Source of the DNA: Macrostomum lignano
Taxonomy: Eukaryota
Direction of reading: 5' to 3'
DNA length: 64,000 bases
Assembly (NCBI GenBank): GCA_002269645.1
Contig: NIVC01000732.1
Span: forward strand, 62,001-126,000
Each line of letters starts with the position of its first letter. Position 1 is the first letter of the stretch. The position numbers were made by a program, and so were the translations under genes. The notes beneath the pieces were generated by a model. That model was given only the letters and a program-made list of their open reading frames with translations. It did no database searches and was not told the origin of the DNA. This document shows positions 46,911 to 60,062 of this stretch, one piece after another.

Positions 46911-48266
46911 TTTTTAGTATATTGGATAAAAAATAACAGACAGGAGAATTATGCTAAATTAAATTAACGAATTTCATCATATTGGATTTATATGGCAATT
47001 TTTTTTACACTTACAAAATCATTTTTTAAAATTTCAATTGGCAACTGGCATGGGGTCGGGGAAAATGAAGTTGCCAGATTGGCCTCTGATGCCAAAAATC
47101 CAGTTGCTAATGTTTCAACTTCAAGGGGCCAAAAAAATCCTGTAGGCCTAGGCTCGAAAAACCCAGCCCTAGATGACAAAATAGCAAAATAGCAGCGCTG
47201 ACTATAGGATAGAACAATTTGGCTAAAATAAAGTATTTTGCTATTATTGTAAGGCTAAGCAAAATACAATATACAACCCCGAGGCGCGATATCATCGTGT
47301 GGTAGGCCGGTCTACCACTGGGGTGAGCGACGGCAGACCTCCCGCGCGGAGGACGACGGCTGGCTGCGACCGGGCTCAATCCCAACGGGTGATGGAGTTG
47401 ACGTCATTTTTTCAATGTATGCTCCCCTGTTTGTTCCCCTGGTTGTCCCCGCCTTTGTTCCCTCGTCTGTTCCCCTTTGTTGTTCCCCCCTTTGGCCACT
47501 GTTGTTTTAGTGACTCCAGTGGCCGGGTTTTCTCGTTTTCTTTCGTTGCGGCCCCTCCCTTGTCCCATCCCCTGTCCCACCCCCTGGGTAATCCATGCTA
47601 ATTTTATTACATATTTTCGCCGGAGTTTTGTTCGTTTCGTTAGTTGTCCTGCCTTTTTTCTTTAGTCCAATTGTTACCTTGTTATTGTTAGTTTAGGTTT
47701 CGTGCACAGTATTCTGTGGTTTCGTGTTTAATTTGTTCTCTGAGTTCGGTTTCTTTGTAAGCCTTACGTGTTACTACTTATATTAATCCATAGTGTACCT
47801 CTTGGCACAGCTGAATCAGCCTCGCGTAGTGTCTCTTTTAATAAAATTGACAGTAATAATAAATAAAATAAGTTTTCCAAGTTAATTAATATTATTCAGT
47901 CGATCCTAACCGAAGCCTTTTAGTCTATATTGAGTTATTCGCCCGCGAGGCGTAAAATAACCCGTCAGTCTCAACTCGAAGAAAGCTCTGAGACCCTTAA
48001 CGTTCCGTAAAACGAAATTTACGGTGGTGGCAGCGCTAGCTACTTTACTACTGATAGTAATTCTAGCAATCTCGACGAATCACGAGTTTACGGTGTCTGA
48101 GGACCCATTCTGAACGACCCGGGCCGCTACAAGACCGCTCGACTACGATTACGACTACCCTCCGGCCCCGGAATTGAGAACCCCGGCAGACGGAGTATCC
48201 AAGGAGAAGCTACTCAACGCATCAATTCGTTAAATTTTCCGGCTTTACGTGTGCTGAGACATCACC

Positions 48267-48521
48267 GGGCCTTTTCATATTACCAATTCCAGAACCAGAA
48301 TCGGTTCGGAATTCCAAGAAAAACAGCAGTATAACTATTATAAACTCTGTTAATATTTGACTGCCTTAACAACCTAACAATTTTTCACTTTCTTCTTGGC
48401 GATTGTCATTCAATAATAAAAACTTTATAGCACGTATCTCCCTCTAGTTATGGAGACAAAAAGTTATACTTCACAAATTGGTTCTGGTTCTGGAACCAGA
48501 GCAAGCAATATGAAAAGGCCC
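48267..48521. mobile_element. MITE (~255 bp) with 15-bp TIR GGGCCTTTTCATATT, PIF/Harbinger-like termini
   Basis: Perfect inverted termini GGGCCTTTTCATATT / AATATGAAAAGGCCC plus subterminal inverted TTCCAGAACCAGAA / TTCTGGTTCTGGAA; no clean TSD. Confidence 0.75.
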
Positions 48522-49789
48522 ACAGACGTTAATTCAAGTCTAAGACCGCTCGATTTTCCGGTGTCCTGCTAACGACAACACACAACCCAAAGAAAAACCC
48601 AAATCAATTCAAAATTATATTTTCTTCTCCACCCCACCTCAATCGGATCAAACGTTTCTACGAAAATTTACTTTTAAGAAATGTACACGTTTTAAAAAAT
48701 TTTGACATTGCTCTACAATGTTAGTTAGTCGTCACTTTTCGTCCAAAAATACCGTAAAAATTTTGGCGCGCTTTCAAATACTTTATCTTTTACAATATTC
48801 TCGGCAAATCGTCGTCAAATCGTCTTTATAAACTTCTATTTCGAAAATTTTTCCAAATACATAGCTCTATAATATATTGGCCAAACAGGCTAATTGCCTG
48901 AGCCAAATTCTCTCTTACTACTACCATTTCTTTCATTCTCTAGCTGGTTTTAGCTATGTTGTTAAGCTATAATTTGCTATGTCTATTTAATGAAATGCCG
49001 GTTGACGAGATGTCTGGTCACCGATGGTAATTTTCCTAAACGTTTGATTGTTCCATTGCGCGTTTCAATGGCTTCCATGCCGCGCAGGAACACGAGGCCG
49101 AGGAGTGGAGTGGCCTGCCGCTAATCAAAAGACTAGACTCGGAGTTATTTCGTGAATGTTATTTAGTTTGTAATTAGATTAATGTTTATTCTCTATTTTT
49201 TGGTAGGACCTATGACCTGCTTCTCTATAAAAAATAGTCATAGGCCACATAGCTAGGTTAGTTAGGCTCCTATGAGTCATGAATATCTATGACTTATGAG
49301 GAAGGCCTTTTGTTAAAGCTGAACCTCGACTAGACCTATATTAATTATATTAATATAGGGTAGATAATTTTGATAAATCTAAATCAAAATTAACAAAAAT
49401 TTAAACTATTATTGTAGGAATGCAGGTTGCAGGGCACTTCCCATTATTGTATATCTAGAGATGTTCCAAAATTTAAATTTCAATTGTGATTTTCCAGACA
49501 AAATTTTTTAGAAAGAATTTCAATTTCAAAAAAAATTTGAAGTGCCTACTTCAAAATTCTTATCTGACTTTAGTTTTTTAGAACTTCGTTACTGTCTTTT
49601 ATTAGTGATATTTAGTGTTCCGCTAGTGTTAATGCTGCTCTATAAGTATAGAAACTTGAGCTCATGGCCAATTGTGTTTTCTAAGCTATTTGTCTTGGCT
49701 ATCAACTCTGTTGACTATTTGAGGGCTTGATGCAAATGGCCTTCTAGGGTCATTTTGTTGTACACATAATTAGGCTCATTGCTATTTGT

Positions 49790-51210
49790 TAGCAGCTGAC
49801 TTTAGAATTAGTGTCAAGCACACTATTGTTTGGCTTCAGATTGAGGCAAAGCTTTTTGGCCAATGAGATAAGAGTGTACTTGGCATTGTATTTGCCTTGC
49901 TATGTTGCTATACCTCCGCAAGCTAGAAGGTTAATAGTAGGCCTAGTCACCATGTTGCTTCGCCATTCATCTACTACATGCTTCTTAAGCCTAGTAGCTA
50001 GATTGCTTGCCACATCAGAACTCCAATTCTTAAACCCTGCAATTGCAAAGCATATAGCCATCCACAGATCACATTCTTGCTAACACAGAGCCTTCACTGC
50101 CAACTCTATAGGTTTCAAAACTGCAACCAGCTGCTTAGCAACTCAAAACTACAACATCTCCCTGTCTAAAGCATTCTTTAATGTTTAAAATGACCAGTGC
50201 TAATTGAACCTGATGGTAGATCTGGATAAATTGTTTTAACATCTGAATCAATGAGTTCCATTGTGTCTGGCAATCAAGCAGTAGGTTGGTTCACTATCGC
50301 TAGATTCACTGATATCTGCTTCACTTTCCTGATCTTCTTGAGTGGCTTCATTGCCAGTGGGCTCAACATCAGCATCTTCAACAATGGATGGTGATTTCTT
50401 GGCATGAAGCATATCACAAACTGCAAGGTGGACTTTATATACATAGCACAAATGGTGCTCAATGCCAGACTCTTGACCAAAGCACTTCATGACAGATGCT
50501 CCATCGGTTATGTAGCAAATGATATCATGATTTAGGACAATGCCTAAGATTGCTAATCAATCATTGAGCAATTTCAATAGATATAATGTGGTTGCTGAGA
50601 CCAATGTTGTAGACAATGTAGTCACTAAAAGTGGATGTTGATGTGTCATGAACTGCTTATTGTTGGTTCCTGTCTACTCATCAAATGTTAGCGCAAAGTG
50701 CTCACCTGCATTGCATTAATTGTCAATGTTCACCTTGATCATCATCTCAACCTTCGCTGCAAACTCAAGTATTTTGTTTTTACTATATGTAGAAGTGGAT
50801 ACTTTGACCCCTTGACTTAAAAAGGCAGACCTAAGATTGTACAAGGAGACAAAAAGTTTAAATGGCAAGTTATCCTTTACAACTAGTCAGGCTATCATGG
50901 CAGTGGGCTGAAAGTAGTTTGTAATTATCTTTGCCTTCTTAGAAACAGGTGTGTTGTCCATTGCTGAAGTTGATATTTCCCTAGGTTTGGCTTGAGTTTC
51001 GATTCAGCTTGAGCACCATGGCTAATGTTGGCATTGGCACATTTTGAAGAAGTCTCTTTTAGTTCTATCATTATATTGTGCTTTCTGCAAAGATGAGTGA
51101 TTAGTCCTTTAGTTGAGCTGCCCTTTGTTGTAATAGTTTTCAGGCATAGTTGATAGCGAGCCTCATTAGAGTTTAATTGTTTAACATTCTTCCAAGCTTT
51201 GGACTTATTG
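49790..51210 (-). pseudogene. Decayed hAT-superfamily DNA transposase (BED finger + DDE)
   Basis: Minus strand: BED-like AWKNV...ARYQLCLK...GSSTKGLITHLCRKH (~51200-51080); FALTFDE*T (first Asp, ~50690); ITDGASVMK (second Asp, ~50500); LCYVYKVHLAVCD (degenerate CxxH); LVAVLKPIELAVKALC*. Several stops. Confidence 0.85.
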
Positions 51211-52352
51211 GCTCAAAATCTTTGAAAAATAGTAACTCTGAATGAGATCATATTCAACAAGAAAGTTTAAGAAATTCAACTAGGCTTAAGTTGGTCTATA
51301 GACTATGCATTATGATTGGAAAATGTGGGCAATAAACCAGTATTTTATTGGCAAATATTTGTTTGAGAAATATTGGTATGCAAATGTCTTGCAACCAAAG
51401 ATTAAAAAAATAGAGAAATGGGTATATCCTTAAAATTTATGGTATAAAATTGCAAATACCTTATATATAATAACTAACATGAAGTTAGGAATATATAAGA
51501 AATCAATTTTTTAGGCTAAATAGCAACACTTAAGACAAATCAGTCAATCTATAATAGTAACTAAGTAAGACCAAGATAAAAATTAAGCAGTGTACTGTTT
51601 GGAATTATACAAAGCAATGCATATAATAAAAGCATTAAGCATTACATTGGATCTAATATTCAATGGGCAATCTATAATACCTAACAAGGAAATGTTGTCA
51701 TTCTAGGACTTTAATTGCAGCCAGTTAGTTTAGGCAAAAAATCTAAGAAAATATGCATCAATACCCATATAGTGTTATAGAAAACTAATGCAAGGTACTC
51801 TATCAAAAGTGCATATTAGATTACTTGTATTAAAGTTTCTATTTGTTATAAAGAAACAATTGTTAGGCTCTCAAGAGAGCTAGTTGCTACTATATGTTTA
51901 AGCTTATAATTAGTCTTGCTTTGTATACTTAGACCTTTGATTGAGTCCCTTATACACAAGAAGGGAAAGGAAGAACTAGGAAGACAAGGTGTCACATTGC
52001 AACAAAGCTCTGCTATGAATGCCTCCAACTTCCCATCAGCCCAACTCAAAACAGCTCTAACTTTACATTATCACAATCACAATATATTTAAATAAGTAAA
52101 AAATCTTAGAAAAAGTATTTGCATTTTTAACTAGATCATAATGATAATCATTGTGTTTACAGTTTTTTAACTCATAGCACAACTTATGAATTCAACTCAT
52201 TTAATTTTTTTTTCATGATTTAAAATGGCATAACTTAACAAAGGCATGCCATGCAAAATGCATACAAATTGCATTCTGAATTTACACTCTGAGCTTGTTT
52301 GGGTAAGGTGTCAAGCTTCAACCTTCAGTCAATAAAGTTGACTACAACTGAT

Positions 52353-55300
52353 ATGCAGTTTCAAGAGCCCACTGAAGCGCAAAAAAAATTAAGTATTCGT
52401 CTGTATCAAGAATTATGTCAGGCAGGCTTTACTACAGAGCGCGTGCGTCTACAATCCCTGCTTGTTGACTACATTGAAAACCTCTACCAAAACCTGTATG
52501 ATAAGGAGCAATATAAATGGCTTATTGCTGGTAGCTTTGGAGACGTTTGGGGCAACAATCTATTCACGCTGGATGGCAGAACTGATGAGCATGAGTCTGA
52601 TGTTGATTGGACCTGTGTCATGCGTCAATCAAAGTTTCACTTCAAAGAAACTTGTAAATGCCAAAACGTGGACGAAAGATACTTGCTGTCCATCGATAAG
52701 GTCCACGAAGGGCATGTTGAATTCAACTTTGAGCGTAAGTAATTAGTTTCATGTGTTAAAAATATACAGTTAGAGTTCATCCTTAGTCTTTACAACTTTG
52801 CAATTTTATAAGTGACGTTAGCCTTCCAGACGTTTTACCAGATTAACTGCCCAGCTTCGTAATTCACCTGTCAATAAAGTATGTCTAAAGTCTACTGGCA
52901 AGTATTTTTAGTATAGAGCTTTAACCCTGGATCAGCCCTGGGGGGGGGGGGGGGCTCTGCCGCAGTGGGGCACTTTCCTAGGGCACTTTCGTGGACCCGA
53001 GATACCCTCCTCGGAAGACCGAGAACCAGTGAATTGGGCCCTGACATAAGCCAGGGGAGAGCAGAAGGACCTCAAGCCTACGGTACAAGACACCGCCAAC
53101 CCAATGTTAGTGGAATCAGGGACGGTGCTAGGACTGAATCCACCCAGGCCATCCCCCCAGCTAGCGAGTCTTTGGGAGTGCGCAGAAAAATTGGAGAGCG
53201 AAATGCTTGGGTTACTACTGAAAGCGGTCCGAGTGAGGAGTTACTCCTAAACCTGCGGAAATGGCTTGACTATTGGAGCGAGTCTGAGCAGCTTATTACC
53301 AAGAGCGATCCTAATACAGGGTCTTGGCCCCCTGAAGGTCTCGAGCCTCAAGGCTTTTCACTACCCAGCTCTATTTTGGAGTGAGTCTGGAAGGCTTTTA
53401 TCCGAGGGGGAGACTCTAGGCGGATATTGCAACACCTCTATTGCTACCAACCCAAGGGCATCGCCTATCCAGCTCATTATTGGGGGCCAGGCCAAGGGGT
53501 CGGGAGAGAGGCACCCGGGGCAAGAGAACTCCGGACTCAACCGGTTGTCCCCGGTACGGGACGAACATCCTTCCCAGGACATCAATCCACTGTCAGGATG
53601 AGAGCCAGAGACACGCAAGCAGGGACCTTCAGCAGGAGCCAGGAGATGGACCCGAGGACAGGGCAAGATGGACCGGGCGAGGGCAGAGCTCATAACTCCA
53701 AATAATTGGATGGCTACTAATGGCCGGGTAAAAGAATAAAAGCAAGGGAATAGGGATAAAACCGCGCTGGGATGCCAGCCCAGAAAAAAAAGGCAGAAAG
53801 GAGGAGCACCATAGCCCTAAAGCAGGCAGCTTGCCGACCTGCAACCCGGGTGCTTAGCCTCGGGGCTGGCAGTCTACTGGGTCTACCGTGCACCTTTGTG
53901 AATTGGTCATTCTTTCCTGCAGGGCGGGTACGACCGGGGGGCTCAGTCCCGTCCTAGCCACACTGCAGTCCAGAGAACCTACTCACTCCGGGCACCACCC
54001 CCCCTAAACCAAGGCCGAGGGCCGAAATTCTATTGGTTAGAAAAAATAGGGTATATTTTTAAACAGGCACAGCCCCTCCGGGGCGGACCCTTAGAAATTG
54101 GACTAAGCCAATCGGATTGCGCACAACCCTAGAAACGCCGCCAGAAAGGACAGCCAGGGTAAAAACAGTCAGAGACACCCAACCCGGGGAGAAAGGGGGC
54201 AGCATAAGGACATAAGTTATTGCTTGTACTTGTAACTCGTGACTGAATTTAACAAACGCGGGCTGGAACGTGTAAACCCATTCTAAACATAGTTCAAATT
54301 TGTTTTTGCTCTTTAAGATAATTTTAAGAAGCAAATTATTCCTTCTTTTTTTGTCCGAATTCAAAGCGTAGATTGAATTTTTGTTTTTAGAACTACGAGA
54401 GCCAGCTGAACCGCACGACGGCATCGGATTGCGGCCAAAAGTTGACGAGTGCACAGCTTATTTTTGTTGCAGCGTACCCAGTGAAATTCTCTGCGATCAC
54501 GTCAATCTCGTTTTCAACAAGGAAGAGGCTGCGGGTGAAATGACACTGATACAGGCGTCCCGGCCTGGCCACGAGAACACGGAACTGAGGTTTGGATTCT
54601 CTTTCTTCGAGAGGCGTCAAATTCGATCTCTTAATGTAATTCAAGGGCAGCTATTCCTTCTAATTAAATACTTCATCACTAATAAGTTCAACAAAGATGT
54701 GTTTGCTCTGAAGTCGTATCACGCAAAAACATTGCTGTTTTTCGTACTTCGCGACTTTGGTAAGGATGCTGACATCTGGAAAGATGAAAAAAATTTAATA
54801 GGCTTGCTGCTTTATTCCTTCGATTTCCTGGTCGAAAAGTTGGACGAGCTAAAATATAGGAGTTGCAATGAGTGCGGATTTCACGCGGCAATGCCTAGCT
54901 TTTTTCTCAAGGAATGCTTTATCTACTTTCACAAAAAAGTATTTTCCAATTGTCCGCACGATTCGCTTATCCGGGTCATCAAAGATGTTAAAGAAAATAT
55001 CGATTCTCACATTTCTGAGTACATTAATCTGCTCAGGCCAATCAAAGATGAACAGCAAGGAATGATTTTTCATCCTTATGTTCTGTTTCCGACTAGGTTG
55101 ACTCTGCAATTTTGTAAGCCAGCAAGCGCTGACAACTTGTATCTGAGAATGTACCATTGTCTCCAGGAGCTGACTGTGCTGACTGCGGACCGTAAAATTG
55201 ATTTTTTGCGTCACGTAGAGTCGTTACCACCGAATGCGTTTACTGCCTGTCTCTGTCTGAAAGTTATGACACACCTAAAGTTTGATGACAAAGATGCAGC

Positions 55301-56489
55301 TGTGGAATTGTTGCGCAAACATCAGTTTCACTGTGCGCAATATTCAGTGCCGTTTCGCAACATTTCGGAAAAGGAATCCAAAGAACCCGCCAAATTTGAT
55401 GAGCTAAAGGCAGAAATTGAATCGACTGACACTGCCTGGTGCTTTGCCTTCACCTACGACCAGATTCGACCATTTAACTTTGAGTTCTTAAACGAAGAAC
55501 TGTACGATCATTGCATAACGCGTTCGAAAACCTACCCTGTTGATGTCGTTGTCGATTTCAACTGCTTGACGCGATTATTCTATTTTCTATTATGCGAGGA
55601 CCAAAGCGTTCTGGAAAAGTGGAAGAAAGATTTGATTGCCAAGAAAGCTCCGCTATCGGAAGTTTACCTGTGTCACTACTTGAAAACTTCGCATCTGCCA
55701 CTGTCGGAACAGCTGCCAAAAATTTTACGCCGCTTAAATGAATCAATCAAAAAGAACGTCTATGACAGAAACTTTCTTACTAGATTAGTGGAAAGATTCG
55801 ATTCGGAACGTGGAAAAATCTTTTGCGAATGGCTCGATGCTAATATTGAGTCTGCTGAATTTGTTACACTCTACTGCGCCTCCATTGTGTCTGACAAAGC
55901 CTTACTCTCCAAAGCAGTGGAAAGAGCATTCGAAATATCTAATAAAGCACTTCATTATCAGGATTTCAAAATGCTCTTGGAGATGCAGCAGCGTCTGTGC
56001 AAGTTTGACCACGACTATTTGGACATCTGGTGGGCTCGCCTGACTCAGTTAGAAAAATGGAACTTATTGAACGTGGAAGAGATCATTTCGTTTCTCGAAT
56101 CAGCTAATGTAGAAAAATCAGAAAGGCATCTTAATTCTGCTCTTGATCTTATTCAAAATTCTGAAAAAGTGCTGCGATTTCTTAAACTGAAAGACTTCCA
56201 GCTACTGATGCAAGCTCGAAAAAGACTTGTTGAACTGGACTCTGGTTACCTGAATACCTGGCTGAGTGATTTTCATACTCGAGTAAATGATCCCGAGAAT
56301 TCGCATCGAGTGCCGTTTTTTATTGTCGAATTACTTTCGCTAAGCAACTGTTTGAAAGCGAGTCACAATCCACCTGACGTCAAGCTCTTCACCAAACTTA
56401 CTGAGAAGATATTAGGACTGGGAGGATTAAGCAAATCCGACGCTGCTCGAGTGAAGAGAGTAAAGTTCACTCTGTCTAAACTTGGCTAA
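52353..56489 (+). CDS. Mab-21/cGAS-like nucleotidyltransferase (cGLR-like) with long C-terminal helical extension, ~826 aa. Exons 52353-52734 and 54391-56489; an additional upstream exon via the CAG acceptor at ~52328 is possible.
   Basis: NTase signature IAGS...SDVD in exon 1 and a third acidic residue in KVDEC. Mab-21 C-lobe motifs LRFGFSFFERR, LLIKYF, LKSYHAKTLLFF, W-x-n-L, MPSFFL. Phase-1 intron GAGC|GTAAGT ... TTTTTAG|AACTA joins the 147-aa and 702-aa ORFs. Confidence 0.85.
52921..54163. mobile_element. Unclassified GC-rich insertion in the cGLR intron (possible piggyBac-like ends)
   Basis: Abrupt GC shift. Left end TTAA|CCCTGG followed by a long G run; right end CCAGGG|TAAA. No recognisable transposase ORF. 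Confidence 0.4.
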
Positions 56490-59400
56490 ATCTTCCGCTA
56501 TTTAACAGCTTGTATATCTATATAGCCTGCATGCGATGTCTTAATTATTGTGTACAAACTTCCATTTTTTGTTGTAACTGCTTGAATTTTTATTGTGCAC
56601 CTCTGTATCAGCTCACTGATTTAACATATTTAATTTAATTTTTTAAATCTGTTTTGAAGTTTTTTAAAAATACTTTTACAGCTTATGTGTGCCAATTGAA
56701 TAGCCATACGACTGTCTGGCTTAAATTAAATCTGTCTAATCGCAAATGTAATGTGTCAATATTAACAAAAAAGATCCAAAAATTGGACGCCCTTGAAAGT
56801 CGATCGCTATAAGCTTTCCCCGCTTTCAATGGTCACCTTAAATTTTTTTAAAAATTCTGAAACCTGCATAAAAAAGTATTGAAGCGAAAAAATTCGCAAG
56901 TAGATGTAGTCAAGAATTTATTGAGATAAACTGGGTTTGTAACTTATTAGCGAAGTTGTTTATTTAGATAGATTTGAAAAAAAACAAGAATTGGCACATA
57001 TTGTCAATTACGTTGCTCTTAAACAACTGCGGGGGATTCAAACGTAGACAAGTACTGTACAAAATGAGAAATGCGTTCCAAAATATTCTGGAAGAGGAAT
57101 ACGGATTCATATATTAAAATATAACATGTAGGTAATTGGCATTGGCAGTTACACCTACAACAAAGTATCTATCTCAACAGAACTGTCAAGGATAATCCGA
57201 TCAGAATCGAGTCACTAAATATTAAGTTAATAGAAACCCAATCACCAAGTCTTAATTAAATCAGAACCGAGTCACTAAATAAATAACGGTATCAGGTATG
57301 ATTAATTTTTACTAGCCTTTTCGTTATCACTTCTGCTATGTAGATTCATTTGCACAGTAATTTTCATGCGATTCACATCCTTTAGTATGTACTCGATTTA
57401 GGAATCAAAATTTAAACTAATTAACACCCACAGGAGTCATTTTACTGTCAATTTCAAAATAATGGTGCTTAGCAGTTGTTGTTATTATATTTTATTAGTG
57501 AGTTTAGTACTTTGCGTTTCATTATTATGCATTACTTTAGCTTTTTTCTAAATTTCTCATTCTCATGTAATCAATGTTTACCATTTTTATCATCATTTAG
57601 CCCTAATTAAACTGCACGTAATCATCGCACTAGTGTTTATAGAATAAAACTAAAACGAACACTGCAAATGTTGTTTTCTTGTGCATTATTTTTTCATAAT
57701 TGCACTAGCGTTAAATGCCGAAAATGCAAGACAACTTATGGTTAAAAGACATTTTATTAGCGACAAAAAAATAAGACGCTTAAGATGCCAAGAAAAGCGA
57801 AAAGTAGATTAGAGTATGAGCATTGCATCGGAAAAAAATATTTGTCTCCAACGAAGACGTTGACTTTGGGATCGCTAAATACCCGGTTTCTTATTTTTGG
57901 ATCGCGTGATTCAATTGATCGATTTCAAAATTATAGAATGCCAACTGATTTTGAAGCTTCTTCGCACTTTTTTATAGAAAATAAGCATGTTTGTGTCCGT
58001 GATCGCCATCCTTAAACGTAAACATCTTGGCATTAGGAGATCTGCGACACCAACCACTTATAGAGGGCCGTTTTGTCGGTCAATGGTTTTCAGTCTGTTT
58101 GTTGGCTGGTTTGTCCAGGATTCCTTCAGGAGCACCTCGCTTTAAAATACAAGGGGAGTCTAATTAAACAATAAAAATAGTCTGATAATTAGGCCTAAGG
58201 GACCAAAATATAGGCATATAGCTAAAACCTCGAAAGCAAAATTCTAACTCAAACGAAGCGAACTTCAGGTAGAGCAATTAACGAATTAGAATTTACCGCA
58301 GCTGTTTAATTAACTGACTGAAATGCCAGTAGCAAAGAATGGTGCCTGTCTTTCCAAAACAAACACTATACACTAATTAGTATTAGTGTATAGTGCATCG
58401 GACCTGAAGTACGTACAGTCTTTTCAAGGGTTTAAAAAAGCTATAAAATGCCAAAGTAAATTGCACGGAACCGATGCCCTCCGCGGACTACTTTAGAAAC
58501 CAACCCGCTGACTAGGACAAAAATAGCGGTCAATGCAAAAATTGCACCGTTCCAAAACGTATGCATATGCACTTGTAATAATTAGCTTTTCCCCTCTTCT
58601 CGAGGGGGTTACATGTAAAAGCACGGGCCGACCATAGAAGTACACCTGCACTATTACATATATCCGATAGAACGCTCGTAGGTACAATATTACGCTTGAA
58701 GAAGTTTGCTTCAGGGCGCCAAAATAAGCGATTGTGGTGCAAAATGATTGTTTGCGGAGCCATAATGAGTGACTCTGGTGCCAAAATAAGTGGCTAAAAT
58801 CAGTACTAACAACACGGATTCCCAAAATAATATAGGAATTCTTCGTTTCAGATTCTTGGTTTTGTTCTTCCTACCTATACCCAGAAACATCGAAAGTCGC
58901 CATCACCGAAGAGTCCGCGTCTGTGGTGCAGGTAAACTTTTAAGAGTGCAGGTAGTCTCTCAATCATTGCGAGTGACGCAACTTAGCTACGCCGTGTGGC
59001 AGAATTGAGTTGTTGAGGAATAAATTGAGGGAGCGGTGTGCGAGAGTTGGATGGATTAAAGCTACCCCGAAGAGTTTTCGACTTTAGAGTGGCGACTTTT
59101 CAATGTTGTTGAGTATACTCGTACATTATTGTAGCGATATCGTGAAACAAATCAGTACTGGGTAGGTAATTCCTTTGTCTATAGCAATTAAACTGTTCCG
59201 TTTCTGACCTATATATTACAATTTATTATTTACACGCGCAATTACGCTGGTACACTACACACACTTCTATTTTCGTTTACTGCCTTATCGTAAAAGATAA
59301 TAAAAGAACAATAGTTCCCTGTCCAAGAAAATCTACAATTTTATACATGTATAGCAATCTACGCATTGCCAACTGATAACTAAAACTAACTGATTCGGTT

Positions 59401-60062
59401 AATTTACACATATAGCGATAGATAATAAGCATTTGAACAGTGGTGCGTGCGCAAATTCTAGTGTACATACTAAACTGGGCGTGCGGCGCAGCTATGTACA
59501 TTAAGGTTGTTTGAAGCTGAACCCTCTCTCCCCCAGTCCCGACCCCCCACCGCCGCCTTGGCCATGCCAGTTCAAATTGGGGTGCCGCGGGTTTTTTCTG
59601 GACAGAAGGCCCCCCTCCCCCTTGTTCATTTTAGGCGGCAGGATTGTAGATAATAATATAAGCCTCACAGTTTTAAACAACTTAAGTCTCAAGCCTGAAG
59701 CTTCAAATTCCAGAAAGAAGACTCCCTTACCCAAGTCCTTTTAGGACGAACGTACGCCTTTGACTTGGCCTTGGCTAACTCTGAATGGTAAAATTGCCTG
59801 CTTCTATATACCTTTGAGTAAAAACGTTCATTTTATTTTGAGTCCCACCGACACCGTACCTTGCCGAATACTCAAGACTGAGACGAGAGAATCGCGGCCA
59901 AGTTAAACACGGACGCACGAACTCGACTCAATTCTTCTTTCTAAACTAAGGACAGATAGACAGCTAGTGCGCAGATTGGGAAGGCTTGGCTTCAAAGAAA
60001 AAGAAACCCAAGTACTCCTATGCAGCAAGCAACGGTATTATAAAGAAGCAGCCGAGTACAAT

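Noticed and set aside
56500-59900. Short ORFs (57785, 58493, 58790, 59277, 59501) and those at 60725 and 62121
   Set aside because: No recognisable motifs or consistent splice context; AT-rich intergenic or intronic sequence.
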